From an uncultured virus (IMG/VR IMGVR_UViG_3300031784_002315) (lineage: Duplodnaviria > Heunggongvirae > Uroviricota > Caudoviricetes), in the IMG/VR virus record IMGVR_UViG_3300031784_002315, positions 1-64,000 of that record: a DNA stretch of 64,000 nt. One strand, written 5' to 3'. The stretch's first letter is position 1; every line of letters begins with the position of its first letter. The notes beneath the pieces are model-generated. The model was not told where the DNA came from. It saw nothing but the letters and a program-made list of their open reading frames with translations, and searched no databases. Of this stretch, positions 29,764-40,041 are shown in pieces. The position numbers were made by a program, and so were the translations under genes.

Positions 29764-30814
29764 TGTTATTCTCCATAAAATTATACAATAATGGCACTAC
29801 GTTTTTTAAATGCAATCCAGTAATGTTATCTATCGTCTTTGTAAATTTAGTCAATTCTGCAAATTTATTATTGTTTTTAATACTTTTAAAATATTTTTGA
29901 TTGTAATTATCTTTGATAATTTCTAAATAGTCCAACGGTAACGTGTGTACACTTAAAAATTCAGGAACTACTAGCAAACTACTGTAATGTTTTAAAGATA
30001 GACTATTTGCGAGTTCTTTAACATTTTTCATGTCATGTAAGTTATATGCTTGTACAGTACTATAAACATTTACATCGTAATCTGTTTTAGACCACTTTAT
30101 AATATTTTTTTCAATAGTATTCCACATCTTTCCGTATCTAATATAATCGTTAACTAATCCAACACCGTCGATGCTAAGTTCTATTGTTACTTTTTTAAAT
30201 TTATCTAAGTAATGTAACCATTTTGTAGGAAAAAGTGTACAGTTGGTATTACATTCAAATTCAATGTTTTGTATTATTCCTTTTATTTCTAAAAATTCAA
30301 ACAGTTCTTTTATTTCTGGAGTTATAAATGGTTCTCCTCCTAGGTATTTAATTTTTTTTAACTTAGACAAATCAATCGTTGAAAATATTTTTTCTACACT
30401 AATAGTTGGTTGAATAGTTGTAGTATAATAATCATTTAATACTTGGTTGTCAGTTACTAATTTATTCCAAAAAGTACTGTAAGTAGGAGAACACATCTTA
30501 CAAGCAAGATTGCAGTTATTACTTAAACTAATCTCAACATATTCAATATCCGAACTACCTGATAAAGTTTTATTTAACACTTCTCGTAAACTTGTTTGTC
30601 CTCGCTCTTCTTCTTCTTTGCATTTTTTACAACCAGACGACCATCCGGAAAACATATCTGATTTAATAGATTTATAAAAATCACTGTCTTGATATGATTT
30701 AAAATCGACTTGGTTTATATCCACCAAAGGAAAATTATTAAACCGACAACAGGGCCGCCAACTTGCTGCTACTGTAATACACATATGATTTGTCAACGCA
30801 TTACAAAATGGCAT
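29750..30814 (-). CDS. radical SAM protein, N-terminal twitch-like type
   Basis: FC...PCC...CKKC; CNLACKMC; GGEP. Confidence 0.88.
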   Translation of the reverse strand: MPFCNALTNHMCITVAASWRPCCRFNNFPLVDINQVDFKSYQDSDFYKSIKSDMFSGWSSGCKKCKEEEERGQTSLREVLNKTLSGSSDIEYVEISLSNNCNLACKMCSPTYSTFWNKLVTDNQVLNDYYTTTIQPTISVEKIFSTIDLSKLKKIKYLGGEPFITPEIKELFEFLEIKGIIQNIEFECNTNCTLFPTKWLHYLDKFKKVTIELSIDGVGLVNDYIRYGKMWNTIEKNIIKWSKTDYDVNVYSTVQAYNLHDMKNVKELANSLSLKHYSSLLVVPEFLSVHTLPLDYLEIIKDNYNQKYFKSIKNNNKFAELTKFTKTIDNITGLHLKNVVPLLYNFMENNNESN

Positions 30815-32277
30815 TATCCAAAACTTTTCTTTATCATTTCAATTTTTTTACGCACCATCCACGATTTTTCTTGCTCTGCAAATTTAGATAAAAAGTCGTT
30901 TGCTTCTTCAAGACGTTTGAGTCTTACTTCAAGTGTATTATCTCTAAATTTCCAATTCCAGTCGTTGTACCAATATTCAAGTTCATCTTTTACTTTATTC
31001 CATACTGGAGTATCATCAGATAACATCATAGTATTTGCCATACTAACATACATAAGTTTTTTTTCATTAACTCTTTTTGTGGAATAGCCTTTTTCATATA
31101 ATTTTTTAATAGTATCTAAAGTTATTTGATGGTCTATGTCGGTTTCAAAAGGATGACCAACAAACATTAACAGTGTGTGGTGTATTTCGTATTTTTGCAA
31201 CATTTCAAAGCACCACCACATATCTTCATCTGTAAACTTTTTTCCTAGTTCAAACCTGACTGCTTGACTAAAACTTTCAACACCAACGTCGAGTGCATAG
31301 CAGCCACTTTCTTTCATAAGACAGTAGTCTTCTTCTGGACTTTGTCTAAAGTTTCTTACTATCCATTGACTATGCCATCTAATTTTTTCATCTTCGGTAT
31401 TTCTTGTATTGTTAAAATCTGCTAAAATATGAAGCATTTCTCTAAACGCTTTCATACTACCATTTATAAGACTATCTGTAAATTTAAAAGTAGTTCTGTT
31501 ATACTTTTGTTTAACTTGAATAATTTCGTTAGCAATACTTTCGCCACTTCTAAAAACATATTTTGGCCATATTTCATAAACATTGCAAAAATCACAACGT
31601 TTAACACACCCTCTGCTTCCGGTAATATATACTGGTTCGGGTTGATTAATAAATGGATATTCGTTCCAAGTAATGTCATTATAGTTTGGAACTAGTACAC
31701 TGTTTATATCGATTAATTGATAAGGAGGTCTATCATCAATGCCATCGTTATCTATTTCTCCCTTTAACAAATTAATGATCGGAACTTCGCCGTCACCGCT
31801 GATCCAATGATCAATTAGTCCGTGTTCAAAGTATTTTTTAGTACGTCCTCTTGTAACTTCGGCGCCGCCCCATATTATCTTTGTTTCTGGTAAGTTTTCT
31901 CTAATAAGTTGACTAAGTTTTATTGCAACTGCACTACTCATTACTGTTAATAAACTTAACCCTATCCACTTAGGATTTTTTTCTTTGAAAAGGTTGATCC
32001 ATTCGTCAAAAACATATTTGTATTTTTTATAATTTTCACCAAACACTTCGTCGACTTTTTCAATATCTCGACATCTAAATGCACTATCTTTATCAAAAAA
32101 CTGATCTTCATCTCCGTGTTGTTTAAATTCGTTATATAATTTAATATTTAAATCTATAACTTCGCAAGAAAATCCGGCAGATTCTATATGAGACTTTAAT
32201 ACTGCTGGACCAACTGTTGGAGCATCTGGAAAAATTTTAGGTACAATGCATATTAATATATCAAGACGTTTGTTCAT
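30814..32277 (-). CDS. cobalamin-dependent (class B) radical SAM protein
   Basis: N-terminal B12-binding-like region (IGLS, WGG, GDGE); SRGCVKRCDFC; GVES; GHP.ET. Confidence 0.85.
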   Translation of the reverse strand: MNKRLDILICIVPKIFPDAPTVGPAVLKSHIESAGFSCEVIDLNIKLYNEFKQHGDEDQFFDKDSAFRCRDIEKVDEVFGENYKKYKYVFDEWINLFKEKNPKWIGLSLLTVMSSAVAIKLSQLIRENLPETKIIWGGAEVTRGRTKKYFEHGLIDHWISGDGEVPIINLLKGEIDNDGIDDRPPYQLIDINSVLVPNYNDITWNEYPFINQPEPVYITGSRGCVKRCDFCNVYEIWPKYVFRSGESIANEIIQVKQKYNRTTFKFTDSLINGSMKAFREMLHILADFNNTRNTEDEKIRWHSQWIVRNFRQSPEEDYCLMKESGCYALDVGVESFSQAVRFELGKKFTDEDMWWCFEMLQKYEIHHTLLMFVGHPFETDIDHQITLDTIKKLYEKGYSTKRVNEKKLMYVSMANTMMLSDDTPVWNKVKDELEYWYNDWNWKFRDNTLEVRLKRLEEANDFLSKFAEQEKSWMVRKKIEMIKKSFG

Positions 32278-33676
32278 TGTCAAAGATGCCCTTCATTTCA
32301 GGAAATACATTTGAAAAATTAATATTTCTTTGTTTGTCACAAAGATTTAAAAATTCTTTCATTTCAGGAAGTCGTTGACTCCAGTCTTCACTTTCCATGA
32401 AGCTAAGTATTCCATTTAGTCTTTTAATACCATATTCGGCATTGCGCCATTGCTCAAAGTTTACATTACCGTTATGCCAACTAGGAATTCCTTTTTCCCA
32501 ATTTGCTTCCCACCACGGATACCATGACTCGTATTTGCGTCTGCATTCTTCTTTGAACCATTTGGGCAAAACTTTTACATTTAGATGAGCAGGCCAATAT
32601 ACAAAGTGTTGACTTATGCCGCCTGCTCCAAAGGGCCACATATTGATTTTTTTAAAACCTTTTTCTAATTTCCATTGTATAAAATCAGGCAAGTAATAAA
32701 CATTTAGTGCTTGCACTGCACAAGCAATAGTAATTTCTACATTATCACTAGTTTCATTGTCTAAAATGTGAAATACTTCTTCTTGTCTATTCCACTTACT
32801 AGGATAACGAATATAATCGTTCATTTGTTCTATGCTGTCTATGCTATAGTGAAAACGTACAAGTTTAAATTCTTTCCATAAATCAAATAGATCTTCTCTC
32901 CATTCAACTCCATTTGAATTATATCGTAGTTCTAGATTTTTTGCATAACCCTGTTTGATACATTCTTCAAGAATTTCGTAATGTTCTTCGATAATAAGAC
33001 TTTCACCGCCTGCAAAATAAATTTGTTGCATATTTGGAATTTGTTCATAAAATTGTTTCCAAAATTTAGGATTTTGCTTATGCCAATTATAACTACTTCC
33101 GTTGGTGCTACCTTTATTATCCCATTGCATAATTTCTTTAAGACTAGCATTTTCTACCGCAGGAAATATTGCTTTGTAGTCTTTAATCCAACCACTGCTA
33201 TCGTGTGGACTGCACATTACACAAGCAAGTTGGCATTTGGTACCAAATCTAAGATCGATGTATGCCAACTGTGGCGGAACACTTCCGTCGTCCGCAGTTT
33301 CAGATAAAATTTTATCTAAATCAACACGTTGTTTCCAATAAGATGTTTCCCATTGACGTTTACTACAATGACCTGCTGCCTCTTCTTTATAGCATTTAAG
33401 ACAACTAGGAGGTTTTTCACCATTTAACATTTGCTTACGAACATTTTTCATGTAAGTACTGTTCCAACTAGATAAAAAATCACTTACATTTAAATTACTA
33501 GGCTTTCCATCTTCAGTTCGTAAAATTCCAACCTGGCCGCCGTATTCTTTATCATTTGTTGCACCTACACTGCTTGCATTTGCTGTACAGCACACTCTCA
33601 TAGATCCGTCAGGTCTAGTGCTTAGGTGAACCCACGGCAATATACAGAATGTTTCAGATGGTAATTTATCAGTCAT
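32261..33676 (-). CDS. radical SAM protein, N-terminal twitch-like type
   Basis: FCILPW...VCC...CLKC; CQLACVMC; AGGE; SIDS..YIR. Confidence 0.9.
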   Translation of the reverse strand: MTDKLPSETFCILPWVHLSTRPDGSMRVCCTANASSVGATNDKEYGGQVGILRTEDGKPSNLNVSDFLSSWNSTYMKNVRKQMLNGEKPPSCLKCYKEEAAGHCSKRQWETSYWKQRVDLDKILSETADDGSVPPQLAYIDLRFGTKCQLACVMCSPHDSSGWIKDYKAIFPAVENASLKEIMQWDNKGSTNGSSYNWHKQNPKFWKQFYEQIPNMQQIYFAGGESLIIEEHYEILEECIKQGYAKNLELRYNSNGVEWREDLFDLWKEFKLVRFHYSIDSIEQMNDYIRYPSKWNRQEEVFHILDNETSDNVEITIACAVQALNVYYLPDFIQWKLEKGFKKINMWPFGAGGISQHFVYWPAHLNVKVLPKWFKEECRRKYESWYPWWEANWEKGIPSWHNGNVNFEQWRNAEYGIKRLNGILSFMESEDWSQRLPEMKEFLNLCDKQRNINFSNVFPEMKGIFDNEQTS

Positions 33677-33680
33677 GCAA

Positions 33681-33686
33681 TATTTA
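33681..33686 (-). promoter_or_regulatory. TAAATA box 4 nt from ATG 33676
   Basis: Minus strand aATAAATA-ttgc-ATG, no RBS. Confidence 0.55.
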
Positions 33687-33718
33687 TTACTCGGTTATTT
33701 TTGTTTTTTATTATTGAA

Positions 33719-34666
33719 TCAGTGTGCTATTTTAGTAATCTCAATGTCACTACCACAAGTGCATTCTTTGTATTTGCAAATAACACTTTCTGTAAGTAAT
33801 TTAATACTTTCCGGATCATTTTTTATATTTCCTAGTATTATATTATTATTGCAAGCATTTGCCGGTATTATGTTTCCGTTAGGCTTTATAACAAGCAAAT
33901 CCTGACCAATGTTACATTTCCAATTATAAAAATTATTTAAGCCTTTTTGTATTAATTCGTGATTACCCTGTCTTATCACAGTACCATCGTCATAGAAACA
34001 ATTAATTCCTAGGCTGGTTTTGTTTCTTTTTGATGCTGGTCTTCCGGAGGTTTGTAAGTGCAATTCCATCATTAGTTTTTTTTGATCTTCTGTATACAGC
34101 ATCCACTGATGTTTTCCAAACTCGATTTGTAATTTTTTTATTTGAATCGGAACGTCTGTGTTATCTCTAAATGTTTCAAAAATTTTAACACATTTATCAA
34201 AATAATTTATATCCATTAATATTTGAATATTTGTTTGGCAATCAGTTTTTATATTATTAACTACGTCAATAATATGATCAACATTTGCATTTTCATGATG
34301 AAAACTTATCGATACTTTATCTAGAAAAGGTTTTGTTTTATTCCACCAATTCATAGTCCTTGATCCATTTGTTAAAATGTTTACCATGCTATTTGGATCA
34401 TTTTCTTTTATTAGTTGTGCTAATTTAGTAAAATTTTTCCAAACCGTAGGCTCTCCTCCTAATATAGTATAAATTCTATGATCGTGCTTACTCTGTTCTG
34501 TTATTTTTTTTATTGCTATTTCGCAATTTTCTATATCTGGCCAATATTGATCGCCGCCGTTGCTGTCGGGGCCGCAATAACTGCACTTGTAATTACATAC
34601 ATTAGACAATATCCAGTCTACTACTAAAATATTGTTTACTGTTTCTATCTTATAAAGTTTACTCAT
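33719..34666 (-). CDS. radical SAM protein with C-terminal Cys-rich region
   Basis: CNYKCSYC, GGEPT; CNIG...C...LGNI...C...CTC. Confidence 0.88.
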   Translation of the reverse strand: MSKLYKIETVNNILVVDWILSNVCNYKCSYCGPDSNGGDQYWPDIENCEIAIKKITEQSKHDHRIYTILGGEPTVWKNFTKLAQLIKENDPNSMVNILTNGSRTMNWWNKTKPFLDKVSISFHHENANVDHIIDVVNNIKTDCQTNIQILMDINYFDKCVKIFETFRDNTDVPIQIKKLQIEFGKHQWMLYTEDQKKLMMELHLQTSGRPASKRNKTSLGINCFYDDGTVIRQGNHELIQKGLNNFYNWKCNIGQDLLVIKPNGNIIPANACNNNIILGNIKNDPESIKLLTESVICKYKECTCGSDIEITKIAH

Positions 34667-35783
34667 TTATTAAGTTTTCTGCCCATGTATATGATTCTAG
34701 AAATTGTTTGTTTGTTCGATAATCCCAAATACCAATATAATGTTTTAAAAGTTGTTTATCTTCTTTAGACAAAGTTTTTTCTTCGTACATCAAAGTTTCT
34801 TGAAACTGTAGCCAATTGCTTTGTGCATTTTTAAATTTTATATTTTTAAATCTACTTATAAAGTCTTGTCTATGCTCAATCGGAATTAATCTAAAATCCA
34901 TAAACGGTTTGTCAACTTCGTTATAAAAAACCTTTGATTTAGGAAATTGATTAGCCCAATTAAAAAATTTATCTAAAGTTAAATATGTAAGAAAACTAAC
35001 ACACGGGGTTATGTTCACATGAAGATTACTATTATAAAATTTTATAAAGTTTTTTTCAACTGATGACCACTTTGCAGGATATCGTTGATACTCAAATTCA
35101 TCGGCTATTCCATCTATACTGCAACCCAACACCACTCTTTTAAATTTTTCTAACTTGTTGATTACTTTTGTTCTTGCACTTGTACAATTAGTTATAAATT
35201 CAATTTCAAGATGTGTCATATCATTTTCAATTAATCTTGACAAAAATTCGTCAACTTCTTCCATTATAAAAGGTTCGCCGCCTGCAAAACGGATTGTTTT
35301 AAGTGTTTTAACATTTAAAAAGCTATTTAAAAAACTCGATAAGTTATGATGGTCTTGTAAACGAGTTTTTGAAAAATTTAGCAATATAGGATCCTTTAAT
35401 TCGTATGCCAGTTTTTCAATTTGACTACTTTCAGACGCAGAACACATTCGACATTGTAAATTACATTTGTTACTAAGTCTTAAATCCAAGTGCTGTAACT
35501 CGGGCTCTTTTATTATCTCGCCGTTGTTTATTCGTTGCCTTTTGCTTATAATACCAGAATTCTCAGCATTCCAGCATTGTTGACATGCTAAATTTCTTAT
35601 ATTTTGATGATTTAAATCTTGTCTTATTTCTGATAAACGCGGATCTTCTTTGTAAAATTTATTTACGTCGCTATCGTTGTTCCATTTTAAATCGTGCCTG
35701 TTTTTTTGTATACAACAGTGCCCTACTTCTCCTCTTGTAGAAACATAAAGCCCAGTGTTTACTAAATTACAATATGTGTTCAT
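34659..35783 (-). CDS. radical SAM protein, N-terminal twitch-like type
   Basis: YC...HCC...CQQC; CNLQCRMC; GGEP. Confidence 0.88.
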   Translation of the reverse strand: MNTYCNLVNTGLYVSTRGEVGHCCIQKNRHDLKWNNDSDVNKFYKEDPRLSEIRQDLNHQNIRNLACQQCWNAENSGIISKRQRINNGEIIKEPELQHLDLRLSNKCNLQCRMCSASESSQIEKLAYELKDPILLNFSKTRLQDHHNLSSFLNSFLNVKTLKTIRFAGGEPFIMEEVDEFLSRLIENDMTHLEIEFITNCTSARTKVINKLEKFKRVVLGCSIDGIADEFEYQRYPAKWSSVEKNFIKFYNSNLHVNITPCVSFLTYLTLDKFFNWANQFPKSKVFYNEVDKPFMDFRLIPIEHRQDFISRFKNIKFKNAQSNWLQFQETLMYEEKTLSKEDKQLLKHYIGIWDYRTNKQFLESYTWAENLINE

Positions 35784-35785
35784 TA

Positions 35786-36805
35786 TTAATATACCGGTGT
35801 TGGTTTTTTAATTCCTGAACAATTATTACACAAGTCAATCGACTGTTTGCTCCAAGAATTATATAAATCGTCTTTGAAGAAATCTAGTATCTCTTTAAGA
35901 CTCGATGTTAATATATTGTTTTTTCCAATATATTTAGTATAGTTAAAATTAGTTTTTTTATCTACTTGTCTGCCACTTATATAGCAACAAGGCCACAGAT
36001 TTCCCCATGGATCAACTTGTATCATTCCTTCTGATGCATAAGGACATGGTATTTTTTCTGTAATTACAAATTCTGCATCAGTAGTTGGTGTATTGACTTG
36101 TTTCTTAAATACATCTTTTCTTTTATAATTTTCATTAAATTCGTTTAGAGTAGGGGAAGTTAGTGTCATCTTAGGAAAACTTTTATATTCGTCCATGTCA
36201 AGCGGAATCGATCTATTACGGTTTGTTTGAAAAGCCATGCATCCTATACTGTTTGCAAAACTACTAATAGTATCTAATTGATCAATGTTATAATCAAACA
36301 CAATACATTTCCATATACTATTGCCGCCGTGTTTATTAAATGTTTTTAAATTTTCAATCCGCTTTTTCCAATCAATTCCCCTACGATATAGATCATGAGT
36401 ATCTTCTAATCCATCTATGCCAAACTTAACATCGTGTTTGGAAAATTTTTGTAAAACAATTGCCAAGTTAGTCCAAAAAGAATTGTCTCTTGCACCTCCA
36501 TTTGTATGTAAGTTAACATAGATATCTTTTTTAGTATCAACTAAATGTTCTAGCATTTCTATAAATTTTGGATGCATACTAAAATCACCAAAATTTCCAT
36601 TAAAAATTATTTCGTTAACAAATTGTAAATTTTCTTTGGTGATTAATTTATGCCAAGTTTCTAAAGATAAATTTGTTAAATTTAAATTATTTACAGTTTT
36701 TCCACCATTTATATTTCTATCACAAGCACCGCAAAATGCATTGCAGAAAGAAGTACAGTCAATTTCAATCTTTTTTATTGTTTCAAACTTGTAAAGATTT
36801 ATCAT
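35786..36805 (-). CDS. radical SAM protein (GNxGD subfamily, C-terminal twitch)
   Basis: CNAFCGAC-DRN..GG; GNFGD; IDGL..T...YRR; C...PCC...C..C. Confidence 0.85.
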   Translation of the reverse strand: MINLYKFETIKKIEIDCTSFCNAFCGACDRNINGGKTVNNLNLTNLSLETWHKLITKENLQFVNEIIFNGNFGDFSMHPKFIEMLEHLVDTKKDIYVNLHTNGGARDNSFWTNLAIVLQKFSKHDVKFGIDGLEDTHDLYRRGIDWKKRIENLKTFNKHGGNSIWKCIVFDYNIDQLDTISSFANSIGCMAFQTNRNRSIPLDMDEYKSFPKMTLTSPTLNEFNENYKRKDVFKKQVNTPTTDAEFVITEKIPCPYASEGMIQVDPWGNLWPCCYISGRQVDKKTNFNYTKYIGKNNILTSSLKEILDFFKDDLYNSWSKQSIDLCNNCSGIKKPTPVY

Positions 36806-36810
36806 AATTC

Positions 36811-37830
36811 TTAATTATATCTAATAGCAGAATTTGTTCTACTTGAGCATGTATTGCAAATTGCATTTTCATTCTTTTTCCAATCTTTGTAGAGCGTTTG
36901 TTGTATAAACTGTAAAATTTGTTTTAAGTCTTTAGTGTTTATATTGTTTTTATCGTTCCATATGTCCCATGGAAATGCCGCATATCGATTAAGATAATTA
37001 CTATATATGTGGCAGCATGGCCATATATTTCCAACAACATCCATAGATACTAATCTTTGTTGTCCAAAAGGACAATTATATGTTTTATCATATATTTCAT
37101 CAATCTCTGTTCTATTATAAATGTTTTTAAATTGCTTGTATAGTTTATATCTTTTTATAAATTCATCACGGGTTGGAGATGTAATAATTCCGCCAGGGAG
37201 CTTTTTGTATGATTGAAGAGTTATCGGTGTTACTCTATTTCGTTCTGTTCTAAATGATGAAAATCCTAATTTTTGCGCTAAGTTTAACATATCATTTATT
37301 TGGTGTTTGTTATGACCAAATATAATGCATCTCCAAGCAGATATACTCTGAGGATCTTCGTTAAAAGCGGTTACATTTTCTATAAGTTTTTCCCAATTTA
37401 CATTTCTTCTATAAATATGATTTGTATCCTTTAGTCCATCGATTGCAAATGTTACTTGATGATCATCAAATCTTTTTAAAACTGTAGAAAGTTCTTTCCA
37501 AAATTGTATATTTCTTGCACCGCCGTTTGTTGCTACTTTTAAAAACATGTCCGGCTTAACGTCTGCAAGTTTGTTGAGCATGTTAATTAAATTCGGATGC
37601 ATACTAGCATCGCCGACATTACCGTCGAGTGTTATTTTTTTAATGTTATGTAAATTGACAGTAGAAATCAATGAATTCCATGTATCATCAGTCATATGAA
37701 TTAATTTAAGATTTTGTCGTACTTCACCGCCATCGACATTTCTGTCACATGCTCCGCAAGATGCATTACAAAAATTTGTTATTTCGATATCAATAAAATT
37801 TATATCATTATACTCATAATATTTTGTCAT
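36811..37830 (-). CDS. radical SAM protein (GNxGD subfamily)
   Basis: CNASCGAC-DRN; GNVGD; PCC; paralogue of both neighbours. Confidence 0.85.
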   Translation of the reverse strand: MTKYYEYNDINFIDIEITNFCNASCGACDRNVDGGEVRQNLKLIHMTDDTWNSLISTVNLHNIKKITLDGNVGDASMHPNLINMLNKLADVKPDMFLKVATNGGARNIQFWKELSTVLKRFDDHQVTFAIDGLKDTNHIYRRNVNWEKLIENVTAFNEDPQSISAWRCIIFGHNKHQINDMLNLAQKLGFSSFRTERNRVTPITLQSYKKLPGGIITSPTRDEFIKRYKLYKQFKNIYNRTEIDEIYDKTYNCPFGQQRLVSMDVVGNIWPCCHIYSNYLNRYAAFPWDIWNDKNNINTKDLKQILQFIQQTLYKDWKKNENAICNTCSSRTNSAIRYN

Positions 37831-37840
37831 CAATCATCTC

Positions 37841-38920
37841 TTATTTAAATTGTTCTGCAAATGGGTCAAACTCGATTCCACATTTCATTGCACATACTTT
37901 AAGTCTGCCCGATTCATAACTAGTTTCTTGCCACGAATCTTCTATAAGAGTGAATATCTCTGTTTTAAATACACGTTCTAACCCATGAATTTTAGCATTG
38001 ATAGCATCCTTGCCACCTGCAAACTCTATAAATTTCCATATCTGTTCTTGTTTAGGATCTTTGTTCCACCACTTGTACATACGCCCGGCAGTCCAACAGC
38101 AAGGCAAGGCTAATCCTTCGGCAGTAATAAACAAACTACCTTCGTCTTTAACTTTACAACGAATAGGAGTTTGTTCATAGTAATTATCCATGCTACCGTA
38201 TTTTATTTCTAACATTGTTTGCTTTTTCAAAGCACTGTTAACATATTTTTCTTCAGGCTTTTTAAGTTCTGTTGTTTGATTGCCTTTGCGATCTACTGCT
38301 TGATGGGTTTCTTTCTTTTCGCTGTTAGCACTTATAAATCTTCCAGTTTTTTTAGCAACAAACTTTTCAAACCCCATTGTTTGCGAAAGTTCTTTTGCCT
38401 CATCTACTTGGTGCTGATTGTGCTCAAATATAAGGAAGTCCCAACGAGCTCTGCCGCCGGCAGCGATAAATGCTTTCATACTACGATAAACATTGTCCCA
38501 GTTTACTCCCTGACGATATATATGATTTGTATCTTTTAATCCGTCAACACTGAATATAACTGCACCATTTGTTCCTAGAGTTTTAGCAAGTGCATGCCAC
38601 CATGCAGGAGTTTTTGCACCAGCATTGGTATTCATGCTCAACCACATATTAGGATTGTGTTCTCTAAAATATGTAAAGATTTCTAAAGTATCTCGAGCAA
38701 CAATAGGATCTCCTAGATTGCCGCACATATACATAGTATTTAACTGTGCAATAAACTCGGGTGTAAATATACGTTTGACATCACCAATTGTAAGTTCATC
38801 TAAATTAATGTGAGGATTTAATGCGCCACCGTTTTGATTACGATCGCACATAGGACAACTTGCTTGACAATTCTGTGTGACTTCTAAGTGTATTGTTCTT
38901 ATATCTTTATATTCATACAT
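37841..38920 (-). CDS. radical SAM protein (GNxGD subfamily)
   Basis: CQASCPMC-DRN..GG; GNLGDP; PCC; C..KC. Confidence 0.87.
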   Translation of the reverse strand: MYEYKDIRTIHLEVTQNCQASCPMCDRNQNGGALNPHINLDELTIGDVKRIFTPEFIAQLNTMYMCGNLGDPIVARDTLEIFTYFREHNPNMWLSMNTNAGAKTPAWWHALAKTLGTNGAVIFSVDGLKDTNHIYRQGVNWDNVYRSMKAFIAAGGRARWDFLIFEHNQHQVDEAKELSQTMGFEKFVAKKTGRFISANSEKKETHQAVDRKGNQTTELKKPEEKYVNSALKKQTMLEIKYGSMDNYYEQTPIRCKVKDEGSLFITAEGLALPCCWTAGRMYKWWNKDPKQEQIWKFIEFAGGKDAINAKIHGLERVFKTEIFTLIEDSWQETSYESGRLKVCAMKCGIEFDPFAEQFK

Positions 38921-39137
38921 CGTGTATTAACGTTACGTCCTTCCCAGGTCCTGTTTTACTAGGTAAATCGCCATATTGTTCGACATACCAAGTTATAACT
39001 GCTCGATACCAACGTTGACTATCGTGATGTGCTACTTTATTAAATTGAGTTATATTGTTATTTGTTGCTTGCATTGTACTTAGTGCTCTTGCACACTCTG
39101 TTTGCAGTTCTCGTAAACTTAACTTATCTAAATCCAA
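38913..39137 (-). CDS. small hypothetical protein (74 aa)
   Basis: Overlaps both neighbours on the same strand. Confidence 0.65.
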   Translation of the reverse strand: MDLDKLSLRELQTECARALSTMQATNNNITQFNKVAHHDSQRWYRAVITWYVEQYGDLPSKTGPGKDVTLIHDV

Positions 39138-40041
39138 TTTTCATAAACCTTTTATATTTAGGCAATTCTAATTCGCCTTCGTAGAGTGTTTTTGTCATAG
39201 GAGATTTATTACTAAATTCTTGGAGATTACTTGAACAATTAACGTGTTCTAAGATTTCAAAATAATTATTTCCTTGTAACACAACTAGTTTTCCTAGAGG
39301 TATTTTATTATACCATTCTGCATAATTTTCTATATGTTCACAACTAGTATTAATGATAGTATTTGGCGTATCAGTTATAGGATAACTCATTCTATTATTA
39401 GTGTTACTCCAATATTGCCATGTATGCTCTTTGTAATCAATATCGTGAATATTATTTATTAAGGCTTTATAACACCATTGATCTGTGAACCACGGCTTGT
39501 TAAATGTTTCTGCTATATCAACAGTTGTAGTATCTATGTCAAAACTACGAATTTTTTCAACTTTTATACCGCTTTCAAATAGCATCACTGCTAGTGTTCC
39601 ATACCAACCTGCACATAAAAATACTGTGCCTAAATCTACGTCACACTTTTTTAGTTGTTCAACTAACCATAATTTACTTTGAAGTTGTCCTCTACTAAAA
39701 CAATCGGGGTCAATTTTTATATTGTTAACAAAAAAGTTTTTAAATGCAGCAACAAACTGTGTATCAACATATCTTTCAAGAATAGGCCATAGTTTCCATA
39801 CATTGTCTTCGATAACTAATTTACGTAAATCTTCGTCATCAACAAGTCTAAAGATACTGTGTAGATTTTTTTCTAACACTGCTTTTCGTAAATCGTCGAT
39901 ATCACCAGATACTGTATTAGGCAATAATCTAAAAATACTGGTTAAATCACGATCGATATAAGATCTACGTAAGTCAGATAGTTTTGTATTATATGGATAC
40001 AGTAATTCAAATCTATCTAGTAATTCATATATTTCTAGCAT
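39124..40041 (-). CDS. methyltransferase-fold protein
   Basis: FLCAGWYG, SFDID, INTSCEH; N-terminal internal repeat (L.SIFRL, DLRK). Confidence 0.6.
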   Translation of the reverse strand: MLEIYELLDRFELLYPYNTKLSDLRRSYIDRDLTSIFRLLPNTVSGDIDDLRKAVLEKNLHSIFRLVDDEDLRKLVIEDNVWKLWPILERYVDTQFVAAFKNFFVNNIKIDPDCFSRGQLQSKLWLVEQLKKCDVDLGTVFLCAGWYGTLAVMLFESGIKVEKIRSFDIDTTTVDIAETFNKPWFTDQWCYKALINNIHDIDYKEHTWQYWSNTNNRMSYPITDTPNTIINTSCEHIENYAEWYNKIPLGKLVVLQGNNYFEILEHVNCSSNLQEFSNKSPMTKTLYEGELELPKYKRFMKIGFR

